From the NCBI GenBank assembly GCA_038209745.1, contig JBBQXJ010000003.1, positions 38,171 to 102,170 on the forward strand: DNA of 64,000 nt, read 5' to 3'. Shown in pieces: positions 54,623 through 63,452 of this stretch. Position 1 is the first letter of the stretch; every line of letters starts with the position of its first letter. The notes under the pieces are model-generated. The model ran no database searches. It saw nothing but the letters and a program-made list of their open reading frames with translations, and was not told the DNA's origin. Position numbers and translations under genes: made by a program. This stretch comes from Verrucomicrobiota bacterium (GTDB taxonomy: Bacteria > Verrucomicrobiota > Verrucomicrobiia > Limisphaerales > CANJSG01).

Positions 54623-57580
54623 ATGAATGAAATGAAGTCAGCCACCACGCCGCGCGTTTTCGCGACGTTGGGCGCCCTGTTCGTCGCCCTTGCGACGCAG
54701 GCCCAGCCAACCATCCATGACGTCTATCCGGACGGTGCCACGCTTCAGCAGTCGACGAATCTTCTCAGTTTCGGGGTGACCGCCGGCGCTGCCGAACTCA
54801 AACCCGAGGGCATTTCCGTTCGCTTGGTCTCCACGAATACGGCGGGCCGGGTGGTGGATGTGACTTTGACCGCCGCCTCCGGACTGACCGTCGGCGGTAC
54901 CGTCACAGAACGGTCGGTCTCGGCGCCATTGGCGATCAACGTCGTCGGCTATTCGGCGTGGATCATCGCCACCGACACCGGCGGATTGTCGGCCACCAAT
55001 TCGGTGGATTTCGACACGCTCAGTCCGGTCTTTTCGGTCGAAATCGAGGATTTCAACTACAACGCTGGAATGTTCGTCCCCGAGCCGCAAGTGGGTGGAT
55101 ACAGCCGTGATGTGCTCACGGACGCGCCGGTGGACGGCATCGACCTCCACGAGGGAAATCTGGTTGGGGGCGGCAACACCGCCTACCGTGAACCGGGCCT
55201 CTTCACCGAGCCGAACGGCGACACTCCCCGCACCCGATTCGCCGCCGCGGGCAAGACCGACTACAACGTCGGATGGTTCGACAACGGCGACTGGGGCAAC
55301 TATTCCCGCCCTTACCCTGCCGGGGTCTACAATGTCTATTATCGCGCGGCCAATGGCTCCGGCGGCACCAGCCCGGCGACTCTCGCCCGGGTCACCTCCG
55401 ACGCGACACAATATGACCAGACCACGGAAGTCCTGGGAACGTTCACCGTCCCGAACACCGGCTGGCAGACCTACCGTTACTACGGCTTGCGGAACGGGGA
55501 TGGCAGCCTCGCCCAGATCACCTTGGACGGCACCAGGCAGACGCTGCGCTTCAACTGTGGTGGTGGCCAGAACGCGAACTTCTTCGCCCTCTTTCCGGCC
55601 AGCACGAACGCGCCGGTCGTCCACGATGTCTATCCGGACGGGACCCGGCTGTATCAGCGCACCAACACCATGTCCTTCGCCGCCACTGCGGCCGACTCGA
55701 CCATCGCGCCCGGAGACATCTCCGTCCTCCTGGCCTACACCACGATTGCAGGACAATCCGGATCGACCAACCTTACCTCGGCCGCCGGGTTGACGATCGG
55801 CGGCACCGCTGCGGAGAGGACGGTTTCGTTCTCGATCCAGACCAACATTCCCGTCTATCGGGCCGTGATCCGCGTGGTCGACGGCAATGGGAATTTCCGT
55901 GAATCCACCGTCAAGTTCGGCACCGCCATTCCGGAATTCTCCTTCGAAGCGGAGGACTTCGACTACAATCTCGGCAAGTTCATCGCCGGTGACCAGACCA
56001 ACGGGCTTGCGGCGCCGGACTTCGTGGCCATCGAGGGCGTCGACACGCACGCCGTCAACATCGCGGGGGGCCAGTTCGCCTACCGCAACGAAGGCTTGAA
56101 CACCGAAGCCACGGGGGACGTGCCCCGGGCCAAGTATGCCGGTTCCGGACTCGCGGACTACAACGTCGGCTGGAACGACACCGGAAACTGGGCCAACTAT
56201 ACCCGGGTCGTTCCTCCGGGTGTGTTCAACGTCTACGCCCGGGCCGCGAACAGCGGCACGCTCACCCTCGCGGTCGTGACGGGCGGTCTCGGCACCGACG
56301 TTCAAACCACCACCAATCTCGGCACCTTCACGGTTCCGACGACCGGTGGTTATCAGGCCTACGCCTGGGTGCCGCTCAAGGATTCCAGCGGCAACCTCGT
56401 CAAGTTCACGGGTGGTTCCCGGGCGACCTTCCGCTCGACGACGGGCGGCGGCCACAATATCAACTTCTACGCGTTCTACCCTGCGGACGTGAACATCCCG
56501 ACCATCACGGGAGTTTATCCGAATGGAGCGACGCTCTTCCAGCAGACCAACGTCCTGAGCTTCAGAGCTTCCTCCCCTGCCGGCATCGACCAGCAGAACG
56601 TGACGGTGGAAGTCGACGGCGAACCCGTGACGGGCCTGACGTTTGAGGGGTCTTCCAGCGAGTGGATCGTCCGCTATGTCGGGCTCGGCTCCAACACCAC
56701 CCATACGGCCGACATCCGGGTGGAGGCGAACAACGGCTCCATGCAGACGGTCTCCGTGGCCTTCGACACCTACAACAAGACCTCCTTCACGGTGGAGACC
56801 GAGGCCTTCAACCACTCGAGCGGCATGTTCTTCGACAACCCGACCCAGGACTCCTACGGGTCCCTTGGCGCGACACCCGGCATCGACGCCTTGGATGTGG
56901 ACCTGGTCAATGGCAACCATGCCTACCGGGTCGAGGGCCTGAACACCGAAGTCACCGGTGACGTCGCCCGCGACACGCTCGTCAGCGACTTGAACTTCCT
57001 CGACTACAACGTCGGGTGGTTCGACAACGGCTGTTGGGGCAACTACACCCGCACCTATCCGGCGGGCAGCTACAATGTCTTCCTCCGTGCGGCGAACGGC
57101 ACCGGTGGACCCGGATCCGCCTCGCTCGCCCGGGTTGCCTCGGATCCGAGCGTGGAAGGCCAGACCACGGAGGCGATCGGAACCTTCGCAGTCCCGGTCA
57201 CGGGAGGCTTCCAGACGTATCGATGGGTTCCGCTGACCGACGCCAATGGCGGGTTGGCCGCGGTGACCTTTGACGGCGGCGTCCATACGCTGCGTCTGAC
57301 CAGCGGCGGTGGCAACAACGCCAACTTCTTCATCCTCGTTCCCGCTCGTGCGGCGCCCGTGGAAACGACGCTGTCCATCAGCCGAACTGTCGACTTGGTG
57401 ACCCTCTCGTTCCCGACCGTGACGGGCATGTCCTACCTGGTGCAGCGGAAGCAGAACCTGGTCGACGCCTGGGCAGTGTTCGGCGCGGCGGTGACCGGTG
57501 ATGGCACGACCAAGTCGGTAACGGATTCAACGGCGGCGGGCAGCGGGTTCTATCGGACCAGCGCCACCACGCAGCCGTAA
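54623..57580 (+). CDS. secreted protein with three tandem [Ig-like + CBM6/35-like carbohydrate-binding] units and a C-terminal beta tail
   Basis: 985 aa with a signal peptide. Each unit carries VYPDG..L...N.LSF, then E.EDF.YN, YNVGW.D.G.W.NY.R..P.G.YNV..RAAN and GG.NANFF.L.P. Confidence 0.9.
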   Translation: MNEMKSATTPRVFATLGALFVALATQAQPTIHDVYPDGATLQQSTNLLSFGVTAGAAELKPEGISVRLVSTNTAGRVVDVTLTAASGLTVGGTVTERSVSAPLAINVVGYSAWIIATDTGGLSATNSVDFDTLSPVFSVEIEDFNYNAGMFVPEPQVGGYSRDVLTDAPVDGIDLHEGNLVGGGNTAYREPGLFTEPNGDTPRTRFAAAGKTDYNVGWFDNGDWGNYSRPYPAGVYNVYYRAANGSGGTSPATLARVTSDATQYDQTTEVLGTFTVPNTGWQTYRYYGLRNGDGSLAQITLDGTRQTLRFNCGGGQNANFFALFPASTNAPVVHDVYPDGTRLYQRTNTMSFAATAADSTIAPGDISVLLAYTTIAGQSGSTNLTSAAGLTIGGTAAERTVSFSIQTNIPVYRAVIRVVDGNGNFRESTVKFGTAIPEFSFEAEDFDYNLGKFIAGDQTNGLAAPDFVAIEGVDTHAVNIAGGQFAYRNEGLNTEATGDVPRAKYAGSGLADYNVGWNDTGNWANYTRVVPPGVFNVYARAANSGTLTLAVVTGGLGTDVQTTTNLGTFTVPTTGGYQAYAWVPLKDSSGNLVKFTGGSRATFRSTTGGGHNINFYAFYPADVNIPTITGVYPNGATLFQQTNVLSFRASSPAGIDQQNVTVEVDGEPVTGLTFEGSSSEWIVRYVGLGSNTTHTADIRVEANNGSMQTVSVAFDTYNKTSFTVETEAFNHSSGMFFDNPTQDSYGSLGATPGIDALDVDLVNGNHAYRVEGLNTEVTGDVARDTLVSDLNFLDYNVGWFDNGCWGNYTRTYPAGSYNVFLRAANGTGGPGSASLARVASDPSVEGQTTEAIGTFAVPVTGGFQTYRWVPLTDANGGLAAVTFDGGVHTLRLTSGGGNNANFFILVPARAAPVETTLSISRTVDLVTLSFPTVTGMSYLVQRKQNLVDAWAVFGAAVTGDGTTKSVTDSTAAGSGFYRTSATTQP
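54707..57350 (+). repeat. diverged in-frame triplication (units about 54707-55612, 55613-56497, 56498-57350)
   Basis: Three units of about 285-300 aa with collinear conserved motifs. Divergence is too high for nucleotide-level identity to be obvious. Confidence 0.8.
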
Positions 57581-57635
57581 GACAGAGCTGTCGGACCGGG
57601 ACGCTGTTCGGCCCGGTTCCTGAGACAGAGGTGGA

Positions 57636-57678
57636 CCCCTTTGCCCGGCGCAAGCCGGGTGGAGGGGTTTTCATTTTG
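57636..57678 (+). terminator. rho-independent terminator after the CBM-repeat gene
   Basis: CCCCT-ttg-CCCGGC-gcaa-GCCGGG-tgg-AGGGG followed by TTTTCATTTT. Confidence 0.55.
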
Positions 57679-57716
57679 GGTTTGTTCCGGCGGGCGGGCG
57701 GTTGAGCACCGCATGG

Positions 57717-58346
57717 TCAACGGGAGCTGCCGTGCTTGGCCACGGCTTCGACGCGGTTCCGCACCTGCATTTTGACACAGATGTTCTTCACGTGGGTGCG
57801 GACGGTTTCCACGCCGATGCCGAGCTTGTCGCTGATCTCCTTGTAGAGATAGCCGGAGGCCAGCAGTTCCAGGACCTCGGTCTCCCGTTTGGAAATATTT
57901 TCGGACTCGCGCTTGGACGGGCCAATAAGGTGGAAGTGCTGCACCACCTTGCGGGCGATGTGGCTGGAAACGGGGGAACCGCCATTGTGGACGTCGTCGA
58001 TGGCCTTCAGCAGCGTCTCGGGCGGGCTGGATTTCACGAGATAGCCGTCGGCTCCGGCCTTCAGCGCGCGGAAGATCCTTTCGCTGTCCTCGTAGACGGT
58101 CAGCATGATGATCTGGATGCTGGGCTGGACGCGCTTGAGCTGGGCGACGCATTCGATGCCCGACATGCCGGGGAGCTTGATGTCCATCAACACCACGTCC
58201 GGGCGGGTGCGCGGCAGCTCTTGCAGGGCTTTCTCCGCAGAGGGATGGGCCCCGACGAATTCGACATCCGGCGCCGCACCGAGAATCAAGGCGAGCTGGT
58301 CGCTCAGTTCTCGGTCGTCTTCCACGATGGCCACTTTCTTGATCAT
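57717..58346 (-). CDS. NarL/FixJ-family response regulator (receiver + LuxR HTH)
   Basis: 209 aa from the ATG at 58344-58346. VAIVEDD, VVLMDIKLPGMSG, ALKAGADGYLVK and RETEVLELLASGYLYKEISDKLGIGVETVRTHVKNI. Confidence 0.92.
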   Translation of the reverse strand: MIKKVAIVEDDRELSDQLALILGAAPDVEFVGAHPSAEKALQELPRTRPDVVLMDIKLPGMSGIECVAQLKRVQPSIQIIMLTVYEDSERIFRALKAGADGYLVKSSPPETLLKAIDDVHNGGSPVSSHIARKVVQHFHLIGPSKRESENISKRETEVLELLASGYLYKEISDKLGIGVETVRTHVKNICVKMQVRNRVEAVAKHGSSR

Positions 58347-60109
58347 GATTGGTTGCGTCGGCGCGGGGTCGCTGGATCGGACGGGACGGAGAGGCCGAGT
58401 CGGATCCGGGTGCCTTTGCCGGTTGCGGAAACGATCTCGAATCCGCCTCCAATTGTCTGCATCCGTCGGCGGAGGTTGCCGAGCCCGTTCCCGGCGACTG
58501 GGTCCTGCGGGTCGAAGCCACGGCCATCGTCCTGGATGAAGATGTCCAGTTGCGGCCTTGAAAAGGAGATGCCGATCCGAACCTCCGTGGCGTGGGCGTG
58601 TTTGACCACGTTGTGGACGGCTTCCTTGACCGCCATGATGAGGTTGTGCCGGACCTGGCTGGTCAGGGGGATGCTCGGCGGGAGCGACGGCACTTCGAGC
58701 CGACAGCGGAGCTGGGCTTCGGAGCAAAGCTGGTTGCCGACTTGGCAGAGGTAGTTGGCGAGCGCGTCGAGGCTGTCGTTCTCGGGGTTCACCGACCAGA
58801 CCGTCTCGTAGAGCGCGCCCACGAGACGACGGGCCATCCGCGAGACCTCGCCGAAATCGCCGCGAGCTTCGGCGGGCAGGGAACCTCGCTTTTGAGCCAC
58901 CGCGCTGAAGAGGGAGATCTGGGTCACGCGGGCGCCGAGATCGTCGTGGATGTCCTGGGCGATGCGCAGCCGCTCCTGCTCGATGGCGCGTTGTTGTTCC
59001 AGCTGCCACAACCGTCGCTGCATGCGCCGCCAATCCGCCAGACGCCAAACGCAAACGCCGATCCCCGTGAGTCCGGTGGCGACCGCGATCCAGAACCACG
59101 GGGTTTTCCAGGCGGCCAACGGAACCTCCAGGGACAGGGAGGTCTCCTGCAGGAGCGGTTCTCCGGAGAGGGAAAGGCCGTTGATCTGGAACCGGAAGAA
59201 ACCGGCCGGTAGTTCCGAGTAGCTTGCTGTGGCCGGACCGGCCAAACCGGTGCTGAAAGCATCCGCCCACTCGAGGGTGAGGACATCGCCGGGTGACACC
59301 TTTGGCGCCGCCTCTTTGAGCGTGTGCCATTCGGCGTGTCCGTTGACGTCGTCGTCTTCAAGGCCGAGGGCGGGCACCCGGAACAAAGGGCCGGCGCCGC
59401 CTGCTTTGGCCATGCTCGCGCGCAATCCGTCCCGCATCCATCCTTCGGGGGCGGTGTTCGGAGAGCCAGGGCCGGCGCTTGGGGCGAAGGCCCAGGGAAT
59501 CGCGATCGTGGTGTCGGTGCTCCCCTTTGAAGTTTTGCTGACCACCAGATTGGTCAACCAATAGACCCCGACCGAGTTCGGCGGCCCGGCGGAGGTCAAC
59601 ACCACCCAAACGGCGGTGGCGTGTCGGGGCACTTTGATTTTCTCGATATGTTGGTGGAAATCGGAGGTGTCGCGGCGCCCGGTCCATCCGTCGGACTGGC
59701 CGCGGGCGAGGAAGACGGACTCGCCGATCTGGTCGCCGTTTCCGCCGAGAAAACGGACCAACAATCGCATTTCTCCGGCGACTTCCCGCCAGTCCTCGTC
59801 CTGACCGTCCAGTTTGTGTCGGATGCGAAGCGCCAGCGCGGGAGAGTTGGAAGCGGGACCGTAGCCGATGGTGATCTGCTGTGGTTGTGCGGGCAGTGTC
59901 AGACGCGTGTTGGGGCGGAAGGGCACCGGCTTGGTGTTCACCTTAACCGATTGGATTCGAAGGATCGCGTTGGTCGCTGCTTTCGGGACCGGTTCACCTG
60001 CGGCGGCTCGCCAACAGAGCAGAGCCACCAGGATCGACGCGGCCGTCCAATTGCGTCCGGTCCGGCGCGGAGGGCCGCTCAAGTGGTAGGCTTTGGGTAC
60101 GGGGTCCAT
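58343..60109 (-). CDS. sensor histidine kinase (HisKA_3/NarX-type) with Y_Y_Y-like periplasmic domain
   Basis: 588 aa from the ATG at 60107-60109. Periplasmic region has RIRHKLDGQDEDWREV. H-box RLRIAQDIHDDLGARV. ATPase motifs EAVHNVVKHA and DDGRGF...GNGLGNL. ATGA overlap with the response regulator. Confidence 0.88.
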   Translation of the reverse strand: MDPVPKAYHLSGPPRRTGRNWTAASILVALLCWRAAAGEPVPKAATNAILRIQSVKVNTKPVPFRPNTRLTLPAQPQQITIGYGPASNSPALALRIRHKLDGQDEDWREVAGEMRLLVRFLGGNGDQIGESVFLARGQSDGWTGRRDTSDFHQHIEKIKVPRHATAVWVVLTSAGPPNSVGVYWLTNLVVSKTSKGSTDTTIAIPWAFAPSAGPGSPNTAPEGWMRDGLRASMAKAGGAGPLFRVPALGLEDDDVNGHAEWHTLKEAAPKVSPGDVLTLEWADAFSTGLAGPATASYSELPAGFFRFQINGLSLSGEPLLQETSLSLEVPLAAWKTPWFWIAVATGLTGIGVCVWRLADWRRMQRRLWQLEQQRAIEQERLRIAQDIHDDLGARVTQISLFSAVAQKRGSLPAEARGDFGEVSRMARRLVGALYETVWSVNPENDSLDALANYLCQVGNQLCSEAQLRCRLEVPSLPPSIPLTSQVRHNLIMAVKEAVHNVVKHAHATEVRIGISFSRPQLDIFIQDDGRGFDPQDPVAGNGLGNLRRRMQTIGGGFEIVSATGKGTRIRLGLSVPSDPATPRRRNQS

Positions 60110-60445
60110 GCAATCGATGAATCGGCCCAAGGGCGGTTCGGAGGAGTTTCCTGAAACGTCGCTGTCACCGAAGTCTGTCTCTCCAGTTTGGACTCCATCC
60201 CAGGAATGATGAGAAGGTATTTCGGACGTTCCACCTCTTTGGGGGATGTTGACGCTTGACCGTGAATCCCAGTCTTGGGCCACATTTGTGATCCTTGGCA
60301 GGTGCGTCGTGCGGCTTCCGCTTCATGGCGGTTTGCCGAACCCTCCGTTTCGGTGCGGGTCGAGGGCAAAAGCGGCCGTCCCTTTTGGTTTCGCCCAATG
60401 CGGAATGGTCGTGCCGGGTCGGTTCGCCCATATTCGTTTCATCCC

Positions 60446-61726
60446 ATGAACAGAGCGTCGCGGCTTCGACCGCATCGTTTTTTCGTCCCACTTCTCGGGC
60501 TTCTTCTCGGAGTCGCCCAATCGAGTTTCGGCGCGCGGTCGGACGTCGACGCCTCGACGATGACGGGCAAGCTGCTGATGGGGTATCAAGGCTGGTTTGC
60601 CTGTCCCGGGGACGGGTCTCCCCGCGATGGCTGGATCCACTGGTTTCGTCGGCAGGAAGCCACGGCCGAGAACGCCACGGTGGACCTGTGGCCCGACGTG
60701 TCGGAGCTCGGCGCGGACGAGCTGTTCCCGACCGCGATGACCATGCCGGACGGATCACCGGCGAACGTGTTCTCCTCGTTCAACGAAAAGACCGTCGTGC
60801 GGCATTTCAAATGGATGGCGGAGCACGGACTGGACGGGGTTTTTCTCCAGCGCTTCAGCGCGAGCCTGCGCGATCCGGCGACCTTCGCCTTCCGCAACCG
60901 CGTGGCCGAAAACGTCCGGCTCGGGGCCGAGAAGCACGGCCGGGTCTACGCCATGATGTACGACATCTCCGGCCAACCCGGGGCCACGCTCGTGGCGACC
61001 CTGACCAACGACTGGGCCTATCTGGTCAACACCCTGCACTGCACGGACAGCCCCCGGTATCTCCGCCACAAGGGCAAGCCGGTGGTGGCGATCTGGGGCC
61101 TGGGCTTCACCGACCGGCCCGGGACGCCGCAGGACGCGGAGGCGGTGATCCAGTTCTTCAAAGCCGCGGGCTGCACCGTCATGGGCGGTGTGCCGACGAG
61201 CTGGCGGACCTTGAAGGACGATTCGAAGACCGAACCGGAATGGGCCGCGGTCTATCGATCCTTCGACGTCATCAGTCCGTGGGCGGTCGGGCGCTACGCG
61301 AGTGACACGGAGATCGACACCTTCCGCAGGAACCGGATCGAGCCGGATCTCGTGGAGGCCAAAGCCCATGGCATCGACTATCTGCCGGTGGTCTTCCCGG
61401 GTTTCTCCTGGAATAACTTGAGCAAAGGGCGACCGAACCAGATCCCGCGTCGGGGCGGCGATTTCTACTGGCACCAGGTGTTCAACGCGGTCGACGCGGG
61501 CTGCACCATGATCTACGGCGCGATGTTCGACGAAGTGGACGAGGGGACCGCCATGTTCAAACTGGCGCCGACGAAGGCGCAGTCGCCGGCGCAGGGAACG
61601 TTCGTACCGCTCGATGTCGACGGCTTGAACCTGCCGAGCGACTGGTATCTGCGCGTGGCGGGCGAGGCGACGAAGATGGTCCGCGGGGAGACTCGGCTCC
61701 GGCGTAAACTGCCGATCAATCCGTAG
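60446..61726 (+). CDS. secreted glycoside-hydrolase-like TIM-barrel protein (family not assignable by eye)
   Basis: 426 aa from the ATG at 60446 with a signal peptide. LLMGYQGWFACPGDGS..GWIHW, DLWPDVSEL, GLDGVFLQRF and MFDEVDEGTAMFK. Confidence 0.8.
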   Translation: MNRASRLRPHRFFVPLLGLLLGVAQSSFGARSDVDASTMTGKLLMGYQGWFACPGDGSPRDGWIHWFRRQEATAENATVDLWPDVSELGADELFPTAMTMPDGSPANVFSSFNEKTVVRHFKWMAEHGLDGVFLQRFSASLRDPATFAFRNRVAENVRLGAEKHGRVYAMMYDISGQPGATLVATLTNDWAYLVNTLHCTDSPRYLRHKGKPVVAIWGLGFTDRPGTPQDAEAVIQFFKAAGCTVMGGVPTSWRTLKDDSKTEPEWAAVYRSFDVISPWAVGRYASDTEIDTFRRNRIEPDLVEAKAHGIDYLPVVFPGFSWNNLSKGRPNQIPRRGGDFYWHQVFNAVDAGCTMIYGAMFDEVDEGTAMFKLAPTKAQSPAQGTFVPLDVDGLNLPSDWYLRVAGEATKMVRGETRLRRKLPINP

Positions 61727-62243
61727 AGCCTTCCAGCCTGCGAGCCGGACGTTGCTCGGGAGAGGCGGAGGCGGCTTCGTTGACGTCGTTGTCCGATTCG
61801 TCCTTCTCCAGGAACCGCTTGGCCAGATACCAGCCGGTGAGGGCGGGGATGACGAAGAACGGCACCATGATCAGGCCGTTGCGGACATCGTCGCGTTTTT
61901 CCGGCCGGACGAACTTCATCGGATACATGAAGGCGAACAGGGCGACGAAGCCGAGCAGGACGGTCACGAGCTTGAAGGTCTGCTGCTTCTTCTTGGCCCG
62001 GGCCGGATCCACCTCTTCGAGGCCGCTGAGCTTGATCGCCGAGACCCAGTAGAAAACCCCGAGGCCGACCCCGGTGAGGAAGGCGAGAAGCACCCAGAGA
62101 TTCCAGACGAAGTAGAAGCCCTGATCGTTGCTTCGCAGGGACGCGAGCGAGGCCAGCATCAAGCCGATCCCGCAGGAGGTTACCGCCGTCGCCACCCAGA
62201 TGAAACTGCCGGCGGACGGGTTGGCGGGGTTTTCGATCTTCAT
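61716..62243 (-). CDS. hypothetical membrane protein (about 4 TM)
   Basis: 175 aa from the ATG at 62241-62243. Four hydrophobic segments and an acidic C-terminal tail. Its 3' end overlaps the convergent gene by 11 nt. Confidence 0.55.
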   Translation of the reverse strand: MKIENPANPSAGSFIWVATAVTSCGIGLMLASLASLRSNDQGFYFVWNLWVLLAFLTGVGLGVFYWVSAIKLSGLEEVDPARAKKKQQTFKLVTVLLGFVALFAFMYPMKFVRPEKRDDVRNGLIMVPFFVIPALTGWYLAKRFLEKDESDNDVNEAASASPEQRPARRLEGSTD

Positions 62244-62393
62244 AGAAGGGGGAGCGTCCCATGTTTGAAACCGCTCCGCTACCCACCGCTTGCGGTAAGA
62301 AGCCGGGATGATGCCCTGAAGTGCGCGCCATAATCCTGGACGAACCAGCACCCGGGGCGCGGAGCGTTGCTCCGCTCTCCGGTATGGGACGGA

Positions 62394-63452
62394 CTACTCC
62401 ACGCGGCAGATGCCCGTGCCTTTGACCACTTCGCCGATGATCCAAGCCCTGTGCTTGGTGGCTTTGATGGTCTTGAGGACGGCGTCGGCCTGGTCGGCGG
62501 CGACGGTCACCGTCATGCCGATGCCCATGTTGAAGACCTGATAGAGCTCGGCTTCGTCCACGCCGCCCTTGGCCTGGATGATCTGGAAGATCGGGAGCAC
62601 CTCCCACGAACCTTTGCGGACGACGACGTCGCACTTGGCCGGGAGGGTGCGGGGCACGTTGTCCACAAAGCCGCCGCCGGTGATGTGGGCGAAGGCTTTG
62701 ACGGAGTTCGGCTGGCCGGCCTTGTTGAACTTCTTCACCAGCTGCAGCACGAGCGGGCCGTAGGTGACGTGGACCTTCAGCAGCTCGTCCCCGAGGGTGT
62801 TCCCGAGCTCGGCGACCTTGCTCGTGGGCTTGAGCTTCAGCTTCTCGAAGAAGATCTGGCGAGCGAGGGAATAGCCGTTGGTGTGGAGGCCGCTGGAGGC
62901 GATGCCGATGACGGCGTCGCCTCGTTTCACGGTCTTCTGGCCGTTCAGCATCCGGTCTTTTTCGACCACGCCGACGATGGTGCCGCTGACGTCGTATTCG
63001 CCCTTCTGGTAGAAGCCCGGCATCTGCGCCGTCTCGCCGCCGATGAGCGCGCAGTTGTTCGCCGAGCAGCCGCGGGTGAAGCCCTTGATGATGTCCTTGA
63101 AGACATGGGGCTCCAGCTTGCCGGTGCCGAGGTAGTCGAGGAAGAAGAGCGACTCCGCGCCGAGCACCGCGATGTCGTTCACGCAGTGGTTCACCAGGTC
63201 CTCGCCGATGGTGTCGTGGCGATCCATGGCGAAGGCGATCTTGAGCTTGGTGCCGACGCCGTCCGCCGAGCTGACGAGGACGGGCTGCTGGTATTTCTTC
63301 ACGTCGAGCGCGAAGAGGCCGCCGAAGCCGCCGACCTTGCCGAGGACTTCGCGGCGATGGGTGGAGGCGAGCATGGCGGGGAGGGTGCTCTTGATCTTGT
63401 TGCCGAGATCGATGTCGACGCCGGCGGCGGCGTAGGCTTTCTGTTTGCTCAT
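62394..63452 (-). CDS. purM: phosphoribosylformylglycinamidine cyclo-ligase
   Basis: 352 aa. AYAAAGVDID, SADGVGTKL, DLVNHCVNDI, GGETAQMPG, SSGLHTNGYSL and HITGGG. Confidence 0.95.
   Translation of the reverse strand: MSKQKAYAAAGVDIDLGNKIKSTLPAMLASTHRREVLGKVGGFGGLFALDVKKYQQPVLVSSADGVGTKLKIAFAMDRHDTIGEDLVNHCVNDIAVLGAESLFFLDYLGTGKLEPHVFKDIIKGFTRGCSANNCALIGGETAQMPGFYQKGEYDVSGTIVGVVEKDRMLNGQKTVKRGDAVIGIASSGLHTNGYSLARQIFFEKLKLKPTSKVAELGNTLGDELLKVHVTYGPLVLQLVKKFNKAGQPNSVKAFAHITGGGFVDNVPRTLPAKCDVVVRKGSWEVLPIFQIIQAKGGVDEAELYQVFNMGIGMTVTVAADQADAVLKTIKATKHRAWIIGEVVKGTGICRVE

Noticed and set aside
54638-57286. 882-aa ORF antisense to the CBM-repeat gene
   Set aside because: Same shadow-ORF signature. 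The sense strand has a signal peptide, domain motifs and a terminator.
57717-59330. 537-aa ORF extending the response regulator far upstream
   Set aside because: Only the last 209 aa look like protein (receiver plus HTH). The upstream part overlaps the histidine kinase in another frame and is Arg/Pro-rich.
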